Assembly: GCF_004010195.1 (NCBI RefSeq) | Contig: NC_057718.1 | Location: 46,915,262-46,952,117 of the forward strand | Length of the DNA: 36,856 bases | Reading direction: 5' to 3' | DNA from: Chiloscyllium plagiosum | Lineage: Eukaryota | Part shown: positions 22,194 to 33,724 of the stretch, piece by piece | Position numbering within the stretch: the first letter of the stretch is position 1 | Layout: each line of letters starts with the position of its first letter | Made by a program: the position numbers and the translations under genes | The notes under the pieces: model-generated | What the model was told of the DNA's origin: nothing | Seen by the model: only the letters and a program-made list of their open reading frames with translations | Databases searched by the model: none

Positions 22194-22929
22194 CTGCAAT
22201 TAAATCAAAACAAAACTCTACTGAAATAACTGTCCAAAATTCCTCTTAAAGGAATGAACTAGATTGCATACAGCTCCACAATTACTCAACAATATCTCAC
22301 CAAGTGATCATTACAAGTGCACTAAATGCTGGCAAGTTACTTGACTGTCAGAAAACAAATCCTCTCCTCAGGAAATTAGCCTATGTGGAATATCAGCCAG
22401 GAACTCAAACATCAAATGTAGTGCTCACAGTAATCCATAATTCAACAATTTAATAAATAATCATATCAAAAGTTTCTATCAGAAACAACACAAGTATATT
22501 TAAACAGTAGGAAAGAATTCATCTGGATTAAATAGTTTCTACCAAACCCCTGGGGCCAGCAACATGTTAGCCATGACTGGAATCATCACTTTTAATTAAT
22601 TATCATTGTCAAATGCTGGGCACTGAAAATGATCTATTCCAAGTGTGGAGCTTAATCAGGTTTTAAATTGGTTGATACAAAACCATAAAAACTAAAACCC
22701 AATATTTTTTCCCTTTAATCCCATTTTTCTTTATATTGGATTAACCATTTAAATCACCCATTCTATCGTATATTTCCTTCTTGGTCCCAATCCTTCAGTC
22801 TGACAATTGATTGCACATCTATTAGATCCCAGAACTCTGGTTTATCTTGCCATGACATTTTCATCGAAAGACTTTCATAACTTGTAAAGTATTGACGCTG
22901 TTAAACTGGCATGGATAAATCTAGCCAAT

Positions 22930-25019
22930 GACAGCCATCGCAAATTATGGACCTATATTGTTTAGCATGAAACATTAGTCCATTAAGTTTTTGAGAGGGA
23001 GAAGCTGGAATCAGTTGTAACATTATTACAATTCAGTAAAGGTAACTACAAAGACTTGAGGAAGAAGCTGCCAGAATTGATTGGACAGTGCAGCAGCAAT
23101 GGCATGGAGTTTCTGAGGGCAATTCAGGAACCACAGCAGAAATTCATCCTAAGATTCATCCAGCACACTAAAAGTAGGACGAGGCAATCATGGCTGATAA
23201 GGGAAGTCAAGGACAGCATCAAAGCAAAAGAAGAAGCACATGATTCAGTGGAGATTAATGGGAAGTGAGAGGATTTGAAAGCCTTTAAAAACTACAGGAC
23301 AACTAAAAATGCAATAAGCGAGGAGATGAAAATAGTGTAAGATAGCCAGCATCATAAAAGAAAATTGCAAGAGTTTTTCAAATATATAAAAGGTAAGACA
23401 GGCAAGAGTGAACACAGGACCACGAGAAAATGAGGCAGGTGTAGTAGTAAGGGGGTAAGACAGGCAAGAGTGAACTCAGGACCACTAGAAAATGAGGCAG
23501 GAGTAGTAGTAAGGGGGAATAAAGAAACGGCAAAGGAATAGGCATTTTTGCATCAGTCTTCATGGTGGAAAACACCAGTGGTATACTAGAACTTCAAGAG
23601 TCCGGGCAGTGGTGAGTGCAGAGGTCATCACTTAAGGAGAAGGGGAAGCTGAAAGGTCTGAAGGTAGATAAATCCTAGACCAGATGGATGACAGGCCAGA
23701 GTTCTGAAGGAGTTAACAGAGGACACTGCTAGCATTAGCATCTTTTAGAAATCACTGAAGTCAGAGGGGGTTCCACAGGACTGAAAAATGGCTAATGAAA
23801 CATCCCTGTTTAACAAATGCAGCAGGACCCTGACAGAAATTATAGGCTATTTAGCCTGACCTTGGTCAGTAAGATTTTAGAGTCCATTATTAAGAATGAG
23901 ATTTTGGAGTATTGGAAATAACTGGTAAAATCGGGTTGAGTCAATTCAGCTTTGTCAGGGGGAAGTTATGACTGACAATTCCATTAGAATTCTTTGAGGA
24001 GGTGATGAGCAAATTAGAGGAGAGCCAGTGGACATGATCTATCTGGAATTCCTAAGGGCTTTGTCAAGGTGCCGCACAGGAGGCTACTCAGTAAGAACAC
24101 TTGGTATTAGGGGCACGGTATTGGCGTGGATAGAGGATTAGCTGACTGACAGAAGGCAGAGCGCAGGGATAAAAGGGCGTTTTTCAGGATTGCAGCCAGT
24201 GACTAGTGAAGTTCTACAGAGGTTAGTATTGGGATCTGGATGAAGGAACTGAGGGTGTTGTTGCTAGGTCTGCAGATGACACAAAGATAGGTGGAGGGAC
24301 AGGTAGTGTTGAGAAAGCAGGGAGACTGCAGAAGGACTTGAACAGATTAGGAGAATGGCAAAGAAGGGGCAGATGGGAATACAATGGGAGAAAGTGTGAG
24401 ATTATGCACTTTGATGGAAGAATATTTTCTAAATGGGGAAAGACTTCTGAAATCTGAAGTACAAAGGGACTAGGGAGCCCTTAAGACTCTCTTAAGGTTA
24501 ACATGCAGGTTCAGTTACCAGTTAGGAAGGCAAATGCAATGTTAAACATTCATTTCAAGAGCACTAGAATACAAAAGCAGAATGTATTGCTGAGACTGTA
24601 GAAGGCTCCGGTCAGACCACATTTGGAATATTTAAGCAGTTTTGGGTCCCACATCTAAGGAAGGACGTGCTGGCATTGAACAGGCCTGGATACAGCGGAC
24701 GTGGAGAAGATGCAGGAGAGACTAGAACCAGAAGGTACAACGTCAGAGTGAAGAGACAATCCTTTAGAACTGAGATGAGAAAAATTCTTTCAGCCCACGG
24801 GTAGTTAATCTGTGAAACTCATTCCCGCAGATGGCAGTAGAGGTTAAGTCATTGAGTGCATTTAAGACAGAGATAGATGGATACTTCTTAACTAAGGGAT
24901 CAAAATTTATGGAAGGCGGCAGGAGAACAGGGTTGAGAAACATATCTGCCATGATTGAATGATGAAGCAGACTCTGAGCCAAATAACCTAATTATGCTCT
25001 TATATCTTCTGATTTTATG
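22930..25019 (+). mobile_element. 5'-truncated degenerate CR1-type LINE (RT region and 3' tail)
   Basis: Remnants of the YRPISLT, LEFFEEV, KVPHRRL and ADDTKIG (~24271-24290) motifs with many stops and frameshifts. Same family as 32593-35825. Confidence 0.9.
23392..23515. repeat. 62-bp tandem duplication inside the LINE
   Basis: ggtaagacaggcaagagtgaac...gtagtagtaaggg at 23392-23453 and 23454-23515, with a few substitutions. Confidence 0.9.
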
Positions 25020-25263
25020 ATCAAGACAGAGAAAAATATACTTAAATTTTCACATTTAAAATTTAGGTCAAATATACTTTACTTGATGAAAGAAATGTAA
25101 GTATTAGTCAGATCACAACACCCAGTATTTAAATAAACGAATGACGAGAGAGCATGGACGATTATATCATTCATCAGCTTCTTTATCAAATGACAAAACA
25201 TATCTATCTAGCTTGACAAATATTAATAATTTAACAATCCTCCACCTACAAATCATAACTTAC

Positions 25264-25369
25264 CTGTGCAGATGCATTGAGAAGTCCAGATGATGTCCCC
25301 TCAGGCTCTGGGTAAGTTATTTCAACACCAAACTCAAATCCCAATGGAAGATAACCAGTCATGAAAAAA
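25264..25369 (-). CDS. FLVCR1: FLVCR1 internal exon (equivalent to exon 7): (G)[35 protein letters not shown]
   Basis: 106 bp, TTTTCAG acceptor and CAG|GTAAGT donor, phase 2 to 0. Nearly identical to the conserved FLVCR motif. [18 protein letters not shown] favours FLVCR1 over FLVCR2. Confidence 0.97.
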
Positions 25370-28057
25370 CTGAAAATATAAAAACGTATTTAGTCACTTT
25401 GCATAGAAAACACAGCAAACAACCAAGTGTAAACAGCATTTTTGAATCCTTTGGTGACTGAACTTTCAAACAGTCCAGTTCTAATTTCAGCTGTGAAATG
25501 TTGAGTAAATACAAATTATTTTATTCAAGTACATAAATATTACCAAACATTTTAACAAGATTCAGATACTTACAATAATCTAATCGCAGTGAAAATATTT
25601 ATTTTGACTTCAATACTTAGCAAGTGCAAGTTTTTAACAATGAAATAAATTTTAAGAATTAAAATGCTAGATCTGACATTGAAATACTAAGTTACTTTCC
25701 CAGGTTATTCAAAACCCCCAAGTGTTGCATCTGTACTATACATAGATTGCCAGATCACTTTAGCTGTTAGAACTGTAAGTGTAATTGTTATCTACATTCA
25801 TCTAGAAACTCAAGCTCACAATAACGTATGGACTAAAGACTTTAAACAAATGCATTTAGAAAACTATTCTTTAAAATGGGAACGTTTGCATTCATCAAAC
25901 TAGAAACAAATTACTTTTATTGCAAATTCAAACTACATGTCTTGCTTTGTGTTTATGTGGTAAATATTTACTATAGTTAAACTTTTGTTGTCTGCATTAA
26001 ATTGTGAATATTCTTCTAGATTGTTTGTACTGAACTTTTTTCATGCATTATTTAAGAAATATAAAAAGTAATTTCAGATATTGTCAAAAAATATGACTGA
26101 AGATTTATCATGCAACTCAACTAAGTATTGGATGAAACACTTCTACAAATGTGCATTTGCTCAGATATACCCAAGTTCAATACTATCAAATGACAAGAAA
26201 TCTCATTTTTTCCCTTCAGCAAATTTTAAAATTGAAAACTGATCTTCGAACACTATACTTAAACATCCACAGAACTGAAGTACAACATGCAGCCAAATTT
26301 AATTGGTAGTTAATGAGTAAAAATGCATTAAGTAATCAGATGCACTAATCATTCTCCCTCCCAGCCCCCAACAAATGTTTCCAAAGTTTCTGAAATTGTT
26401 TCCAAATTAAGTCAATGATGGGTAGGCATTAGTAACTGAAATGGTACAGTCAAAACACCTTTATATTTAGGACAAAGCTATAAACAAAGGCGCTTAACTT
26501 GAATTTAATCACAAACCTAGCTAGGTAAGGATGAGGACTTAAGGATGAGGATTGAAGAATGGCACTGGAAATGACATGGGTGTAGATGTGTGCCTTTCAA
26601 CCTTATTAATGTATCAATTGTCAATCAACATTTCCTCAGTTATATCCTTAGTTAATGGCATCAGTGGAGGAGTTATTTTCTCATGTTTGAAATTTGGATC
26701 AGATCAATTTACCCTGGCTATCCTACACCTGTTTTAAACATTAATGTCATTAGGATTAATATCTGGATGAATAAAGATGCAACATAAGTTAGCTACATAG
26801 GTATACATCTCTTAAAATTACAAACTATAGAAACATCAACGCTGCTCTGCAGAGTGTTAAAAAAGCACATAGTATCTGCAGCAAACCACACTGCTACAAA
26901 GCCAATTTAGTTACTTGGGGAGGGGCATGCTAAATTAAAAAAGAGTAACAGATTCGACTCTGACGAAATGAAACTTTTAAATTCTAAAACCTATACTATT
27001 TGATTTACTATGGTGTTGATACTACTGAATCTATGCATATACAATTCCAACTTCTTGTGGGTACAGCAATGGCATATTAAGCACAATCTGAAGTTCTCAA
27101 TGCCAAGAATTTTACTGTATACCTTACAAGAGTCCCCAACGTCTACTAGGAAAAGTACTGATTATTTTCTTAAACTGTAAATGTGCTAGTTATTGCACAC
27201 ATGAATCATGCTATGCACTACAGATTCTGTCAGAACTGTAACACAGGGGTCACAAGGTGGTTCAGGACAGTTGAACTAATAAACAAAGTGGCTTTAAAAA
27301 AAAAGTGATCTGACCCCCTTCGATTTTTGGGCACGTACTGAAGTGAGAGCTTCCAGTGAATCATCTTTTTCACTTGCGGGTTTATAGTCACCGAGACGAC
27401 CAAACTGTGTGCTTATTCAGCTGTTGTTCACCACTATAAATTGGGCACCACATGAAGGAAAAGGTTGGAAAACTGATAGTCAGTTCATAATTCAACAGTG
27501 CAATTAACTAATTGAACATCATATGGTATTTTAGACATGTCACATTAAACAAAGATCACACTAAAGTGAGTGCAAAACAAATCTATTCAATCTACATTTC
27601 ACTGAATAGTCAGTAAAGTTAGTAAGTTTAGTTACTTAGCAATCAAAAAAGATAAATAAAATAACCCTGGCTAGCCACAGCAGAGGGAATAGAGATAATT
27701 AAATGAGCAATGTATTCATTTCATAAGTGAACAGAGACTGGCAAAAACACTGTCTGCAACAATAACTTGTATTTTACATCTGAAGTGGAAAAGAACAAAT
27801 TTTTAAACATGTTAATAAAACATCAACCACTTTAAACAAATTAGTTTATTACAGTGTCCTGGAGCATGAGCAAATACCCTTACAGCTGTCTGGAAGAGTT
27901 CAACTGCTCCAGTGCACGCAGCTTTCAATATATGTGCGCTGTGGACACAATGCTGTATATTCAGTGTGCTCACCTCTGAATGAGAAGGTCGAACCTTCTC
28001 AACAGTTCAAAGCTAGGATAGGAATTATTCCACTCAGCTTTGAGAATTATCTTTCAA

Positions 28058-28296
28058 CCTGTATGGCATAGGTTTTCCTAACTAAAGGTGGGTGACCACC
28101 TCTTCCTAAGCTTTTGTTAATAGTGCTCTTGAACCAGCTCTTTGGAGGTGTGCAATTGGCTTCCCTCCCTTGCTCTGGGGAAGCATCTCCCCTAGACTAA
28201 CTGGTTGAGATCAAGAACTCACCATACAAGGAATCGCGCGGTGAACCCATGTCCATTACTCTGTGGCGCAACATGTTAGTACACCACTGGGCCACC
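28058..28296 (-). mobile_element. Possible old tRNA-derived SINE of a different family
   Basis: Minus strand starts GGTGGCCCAGTGGT (A-box-like) with GGTTCA about 45 nt later, and is locally GC-richer. The 3' boundary is uncertain. Confidence 0.4.
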
Positions 28297-29634
28297 TACA
28301 AACATTTTAAAAAACATTATGTCCCTAACAAGTATTGAAGAACAATAAAAAGCGGATACATTGTCACAAATAAATTTGATAAAAGATTCCATTACATCTC
28401 AATGGAGGGTTCAATGGACAAGCTTATTTATTGCATTTTATTGCTTGGAGTGATTAACTTGTATATTTGAAACTAAAATCACTGACAAGCAGTTAAGAAT
28501 ATTCCTAAAATGTTTCTATTTTCAGCTTGAATGCATTATTATAAAAAAGTACATGTTTCACACAAAAAGCAAAACATTATTTGATAAGAAGCATTGGGAC
28601 GCCATGTGACTGTCAGGTACACTGTAAATTTAAGCTGTTGAGGGTCTCAATAGGAATGGTAATTAATTTTTAGTACAGACCTATAGCAAACTTTGTTTAT
28701 TAAAATATACACTGATTAAGAAGGATTATAAAAAGTTCTAATCATGATTCCAAGATTTTATTCTAATATCCCAATTAAGTGTTTTAAAGGCTTTTAGTCA
28801 CGATATAACAGTGAGTAAGGAGCATGCAGAGAAAGAAGAGCAGCTGACAGTGTTAAGACTGCACTTGCTGAGACTCTGAATTAACAGTTCAAAGGTATAT
28901 CATTCCATTCTCAAAATATATTTGGACCTCAAAAATTATCAACTTGAACTCACAACATTTAAAAGGAATGACATGGCAAAAGTAATCTAATTATAATACT
29001 TATTCACAATACAAATACCATTCAGTAATCAATTAATATCAAGACAGAGACATCAGACTCCCCTGGTGACTCTGCAAGTCTGCTCAGTGACTAGTTTAAA
29101 CAGATCAATAAGTTCCTGTGTTTTAATCTTCAGTCAGTGTTAGCTAATAGAGGTATAGACAATAGGATGGAACTTACTACTGTGGTGTGGAAGGGGGCAA
29201 AAAATAAGGCTGAGTTCCCAATTCTAATTGCTATCCAGTGTGTAGGTAACACATCAGAACAGGCAGGACTGAAATGTGATACCCACTGAAGAATACCCTG
29301 ATGTGCAAACCTTGATACTGATTATCAGGTTGAAACTATGCCTTATCAAGAAGCAATTAACCAGAGAGGAATGATGGCAAGGAAAAAAAAATTAGCAAAA
29401 ACGGTTCACAAATTTTCATCTCATTGAATACTGCATTTTAAAAATTTAAACTAATCCTGCTGCAAAACTAACACCATTTAAGAATTAACTTAATCTGAAT
29501 TATAAATAGATTTTTAAAAATCACTCCAATAAATAACATTAATAACACTTTCAATGCAATAGCATAAAAATACAGACAAAACACATTAATGGATTCCTTT
29601 ATCTATTTAGTTGAAATATAAAATGGTCTCTTAC

Positions 29635-29745
29635 CCCAAGGCTCCTGCTGTGACAAAGACTATTTGGATGTAACCAAGATTTAATGTGAAGGTGAAAACG
29701 AGCATTCCAATAAATGAGATGATGTAGACAGCAAGGGTAGTCTGT
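29635..29745 (-). CDS. FLVCR1: FLVCR1 internal exon (equivalent to exon 6): [36 protein letters not shown](G)
   Basis: 111 bp, pyrimidine tract plus TTGCAG acceptor, GG|GTAAGA donor, phase 2 to 2. Two hydrophobic segments matching recalled human [21 protein letters not shown]. Confidence 0.96.
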
Positions 29746-29925
29746 CTGCAAGTGAGAAACCAAGGAAAAGAATTACAAAAGGTAGAACTCCCATTCAACA
29801 TTTATATTAATACATTAGTTCTGGACTACTAGGAAAGACATGCATATATTTAACGAATGAAGATACAGGGTTGCTAAAAACAAATTTCTAGAAGAATTCT
29901 TCTAGTGGATTTTGAAATAAGACAC

Positions 29926-30562
29926 TGGCTCAGAATTTGCTGGAGCGTGCCCTGTTAGTTAATACATCTCCCTTGCCTCCAACTCAAAAAATTGTGTTGC
30001 AAATTGCTTAAGTTCAAGCTGATAACAGCTTAGCTGGAATCCTGGTAAATGATGGGACCAACAGTTTATCTACTTAACCAATATGATTTAAGGACAGAAA
30101 AAGAAACAAGAATGACATAAGGAAGTAGGGTAGATTAGGCACAGCAAGAGAAATAAAGAGGGGGGAACAAAAATGAGAGAGAGCGAGAGAGAGAGAAAGA
30201 AAGAAAAAAGAAAGAAAGAAAGAAAGGGGAAAGTGAGGGTTTTCTAAAAAAAAATTGTGAATAAAAACTGCCTACAGGAATCAGTTTCCATTATTTCAAT
30301 TGTTCCTTTTCTGGGTCAGAGATCTAGTGGCAAAGCAGGATCATTAATCTAGAAGTTATAAATATCCTAACATCTTTAAAGTACCATCCCCAACTTTGTG
30401 GTGAGCTTAGTTGGTGATTAAAGTGGAAATGCAGGACTTTCCTGAAACTCTATGAAGACATTTATAGCAAGCTGCGATTCTCAGCACAAGTACAGGACAA
30501 TTTCAAACTAATAATGGCATGCACCTTAAAATTCACTGATTTTCCCAGCAAATTCTGGGCCA
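29926..30562. mobile_element. MITE-like non-autonomous DNA element with 18-bp terminal inverted repeats
   Basis: tggctcagaatttgctgg (29926-29943) and ccagcaaattctgggcca (30545-30562) match at 17/18 as inverted repeats. cactgg occurs at both junctions. Non-coding interior. Confidence 0.6.
30175..30226. repeat. (GA)n/(GAAA)n compound microsatellite
   Basis: gagagagagcgagagagagagaaagaaagaaaaaagaaagaaagaaagaaag. Confidence 0.9.
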
Positions 30563-31320
30563 CTGGTTCATGCCAAATTAGGTACATATAAGCAGACAGA
30601 TTTCTATTAGGGTTGATACAATAAGTGTTTTTAAAAATTCCATACCTTCCACTGAAATGCTAAACACAACTGGCTGAAGAGTTGTTTCATATCAGAACGT
30701 TTTCACTATTGCCCACTAATTGACGTCAGTGAGTAATAGTCTTCAGTGACTGATGTTAGCAGACAATAGAACAGACACTGCTGCCCACTGTCACAAAGCA
30801 CAGGCAAAAAGGGTTACAAAGTTCCCCATTTTGAAAAATAAATTTAAAGTCTAGAGATGTAATAAAAACACCGAGTTTGGGCTACTAAAACAAGTTTAAC
30901 TCATTTTCGTTAAAGTGATCAAGTGTGCAATAACTTGTTCAAGTTCTGGTTTAAGGTCCACATTTTACCCCTAGAGCTCTCCAGTGGAGTAAAGATGTAT
31001 ACAACTACACACCAATTTGAGAGAAATATCCAGATTCCTAGCCAACATTCTTCCTTTCACAAATTATAAAGTGCAACTAATTACTTGTTGCCTGTTACTA
31101 GCATAGAGGATTTGCCAAACCAGACGGGTCAAATATAATTATAGCTGTTACAATGCAGCAAGGCCTATTGAAAAGTAAATACAGATAAGAGCAATCAATA
31201 AGGTTCATGAATTGTTAAGCTTTGAAATAAAGTGTGGATGTGATGCTTCAGTTATACAGCACCTTAGAATGCATCTACAATACCAGATTTAAGTTTACGC
31301 ACTAGGCACCAGGAAATGCA

Positions 31321-31466
31321 CAGAAACAAAAACAGAAGTTGCTGGAAAAGCTCAGAACTGGAGCTCTGATGCAGGGTCACTGTACCCATAATGTTAACTT
31401 TGATTTCTCTGCACAGATGCTGCCAGACCTGCTGAGCTTTTCCAACAACTTCTATTTTTATTTCTG
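31321..31466. mobile_element. Penelope-derived fold-back fragment with a decayed hammerhead core
   Basis: 35-bp inverted arms at 31321-31355 and 31432-31466. They share gttgctggaaaagc.cag with the PLE end at ~36255. The interior ctgatgcagggtcactgtacccataatgtt is a mutated CUGANGA..GAAACGU. Confidence 0.65.
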
Positions 31467-31624
31467 ATTTGCAGTTCTTTCAGATTTTATTTACTAGGAA
31501 ATATACATTGTGCTTGGAGATTATAGTGCAGATTCATCCAAAGGACACCACAATTTAAATTATAAAGACGTGTACCATTATGTTTATATTCCCTTGAGTT
31601 TATGTAGTTTTTTTTTGGGGGGGG

Positions 31625-32124
31625 NNNNNNNNNNNNNNNNNNNNNNNNNNNNNNNNNNNNNNNNNNNNNNNNNNNNNNNNNNNNNNNNNNNNNNNNNNNN
31701 NNNNNNNNNNNNNNNNNNNNNNNNNNNNNNNNNNNNNNNNNNNNNNNNNNNNNNNNNNNNNNNNNNNNNNNNNNNNNNNNNNNNNNNNNNNNNNNNNNNN
31801 NNNNNNNNNNNNNNNNNNNNNNNNNNNNNNNNNNNNNNNNNNNNNNNNNNNNNNNNNNNNNNNNNNNNNNNNNNNNNNNNNNNNNNNNNNNNNNNNNNNN
31901 NNNNNNNNNNNNNNNNNNNNNNNNNNNNNNNNNNNNNNNNNNNNNNNNNNNNNNNNNNNNNNNNNNNNNNNNNNNNNNNNNNNNNNNNNNNNNNNNNNNN
32001 NNNNNNNNNNNNNNNNNNNNNNNNNNNNNNNNNNNNNNNNNNNNNNNNNNNNNNNNNNNNNNNNNNNNNNNNNNNNNNNNNNNNNNNNNNNNNNNNNNNN
32101 NNNNNNNNNNNNNNNNNNNNNNNN
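31625..32124. other. Assembly gap of exactly 500 N (probably a fixed-size placeholder)
   Basis: Run of N, preceded by a T/G homopolymer tract. Confidence 0.99.
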
Positions 32125-32592
32125 ATAGGAAGCATGTGGAGGCACTGCAACGGGTGCAGAGGAGGTTTACCAGGATGTTGCCTGGTATGGTAGGCAGATC
32201 ATATGAGGAAAGGCTGAGGCACTTGGGGTTGTTTTCATTGGAGAAAAGAAGGTTTAGGGGTGACTTGATAGAGGTGTACAAGATGATTAGGGGTTTAGAT
32301 AGGGTTGACCGTGAGAACCTTTTTCCACCTATGGAGTCAGTTATTACGAGGGGGCATAGCTTTAAATTAAGGGGTAGTAGGTATAGGACAGATGTTAGGG
32401 GTAGGTTCTTTACTGGAATGCCCTGCCAGTAGCAGTGGTGGACTCTCCCTCTTTATGGGCATTTAAGTGGGCATTGGATAGGCATATGGAGGATTGTGGG
32501 CTGGTGTAGGTTAGGTGGGCTTGGATCGGCGCAACATCGAGAGCCAAAGGGCCTGTACTGCGCTGTATTCTTCTATGTTCTATGTTTTATGA
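32125..32592 (+). mobile_element. CR1-type (HER1-like) LINE 3' end
   Basis: ALQRVQRRFTRMLPGM..SYEERLRHLGLFSLEKRRFRGDLIEVYKMIRG..TRGHSFKL is a CR1 ORF2 C-terminus. Tail (TTCTATG)n. Confidence 0.92.
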
Positions 32593-33724
32593 GGCACAAG
32601 ATGGAAAATTACAGACCAATTAGCTTAACCTCGGTCGTGGGTAAGATCCTTGAATCCATTGTGAAGAATGAGATGTCTGAATACTTGGAAGTGTATGGTA
32701 AAATAGGGAAAAGTCAGCATGGTTTCATTAATGGGAGGTGATGCCTGACAAATCTGCTAGAATTGTTTGATGGAAGTAATGAGCAGGTTAGACCAAGGAG
32801 AGCCAATGGATGTTATCTACCTGGACTCCAAGAAGACCTTTGACAATGTGCTGCACAGGAGGCTACTAAGTAAGATAAGGGCCCATGGTATCAGAGGCAA
32901 GATGCTAGCTTGGATAGAAGCCTGGCTGTCTGACAGAAAGTAGGGAGTGGAGATAAAAGGGTCTTTCTCAGGATGGCAGCTGGTGAGTGATAAGTGGTAT
33001 TCTGCAAGGCTCAGTGTTGGGACCAAAATTTTCACTTTATATATTAACAATCTAGATGAAGGAACTGAGGGCAGTCTGGCTAAGTTTGCAGATGATACAA
33101 AGATAGGTAGAGGGGCAGGTAACATTGAGGAGGCAGGAAGGCTGCAGAATGGGCAAAGAAGTAGCAGATGGAGTACAATGTGGGGAAGTGTGAGGTCATG
33201 CACTTTGGTAGAAAGAATAGAGGCATGGACTATTTTCTAAATGGGTAGAAAATTCAGAAGCCTGAAGTGTAAAGAGACTTAGGAGTTCTAGTCCAGGATT
33301 CTCTCAAAGTAAACTTGCAGGTTGAGTCAGGAGTTAGGAAGGCAAATGCAATGATGGCATTTATTTTGAGAGGAGTTGAATATAAAAGCAGGGATGTACT
33401 TCTCAAACTCTATACGGCTCTGGTCAGACCACATTTGGAGTATCCTGTGCAGTTTTGAGTTCCATATCTCAGGAATGATGTACTGGTCCTGGAGCCTGTT
33501 CAGAGGACGTTCACGAGAATAGTCCCAGGAATGAAAAGCTTAACATTTGAGGAAGGTTTGAGGACTCTGGGTTTATACTTGATGGAGTTTAGAAGGGTGA
33601 GGGGTGTGGGGAGGGGATCTCATTGAAACACACAGAATACTGAATGGCCTGGACAGAGTAGATGTTTGGAAAATGTTTCTATTAATAGGAGAGACTAGGG
33701 ACCCAAGGGCAAAGCTTTAGAGTA
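32593..33724 (+). mobile_element. CR1-type LINE, RT region (left part of an interrupted copy)
   Basis: NYRPISLTSVVGKILESIV...SQHGF and YINNL...KFADDTKIG, with stops and frameshifts. Confidence 0.93.

Noticed and set aside
22479..22589. Intronic C/D snoRNA (GTGATGA...CTGA on the minus strand)
   Set aside because: No adjacent terminal stem and no recognisable rRNA-complementary guide. Expected by chance.
13163..29745. Assignment as FLVCR2
   Set aside because: QQAN resembles FLVCR2, but [40 protein letters not shown] and the E.AI terminus fit FLVCR1 better. A phylogeny would settle it.
31487..32281. Long ORFs of 181-264 aa
   Set aside because: Artefacts of translating through the N gap.
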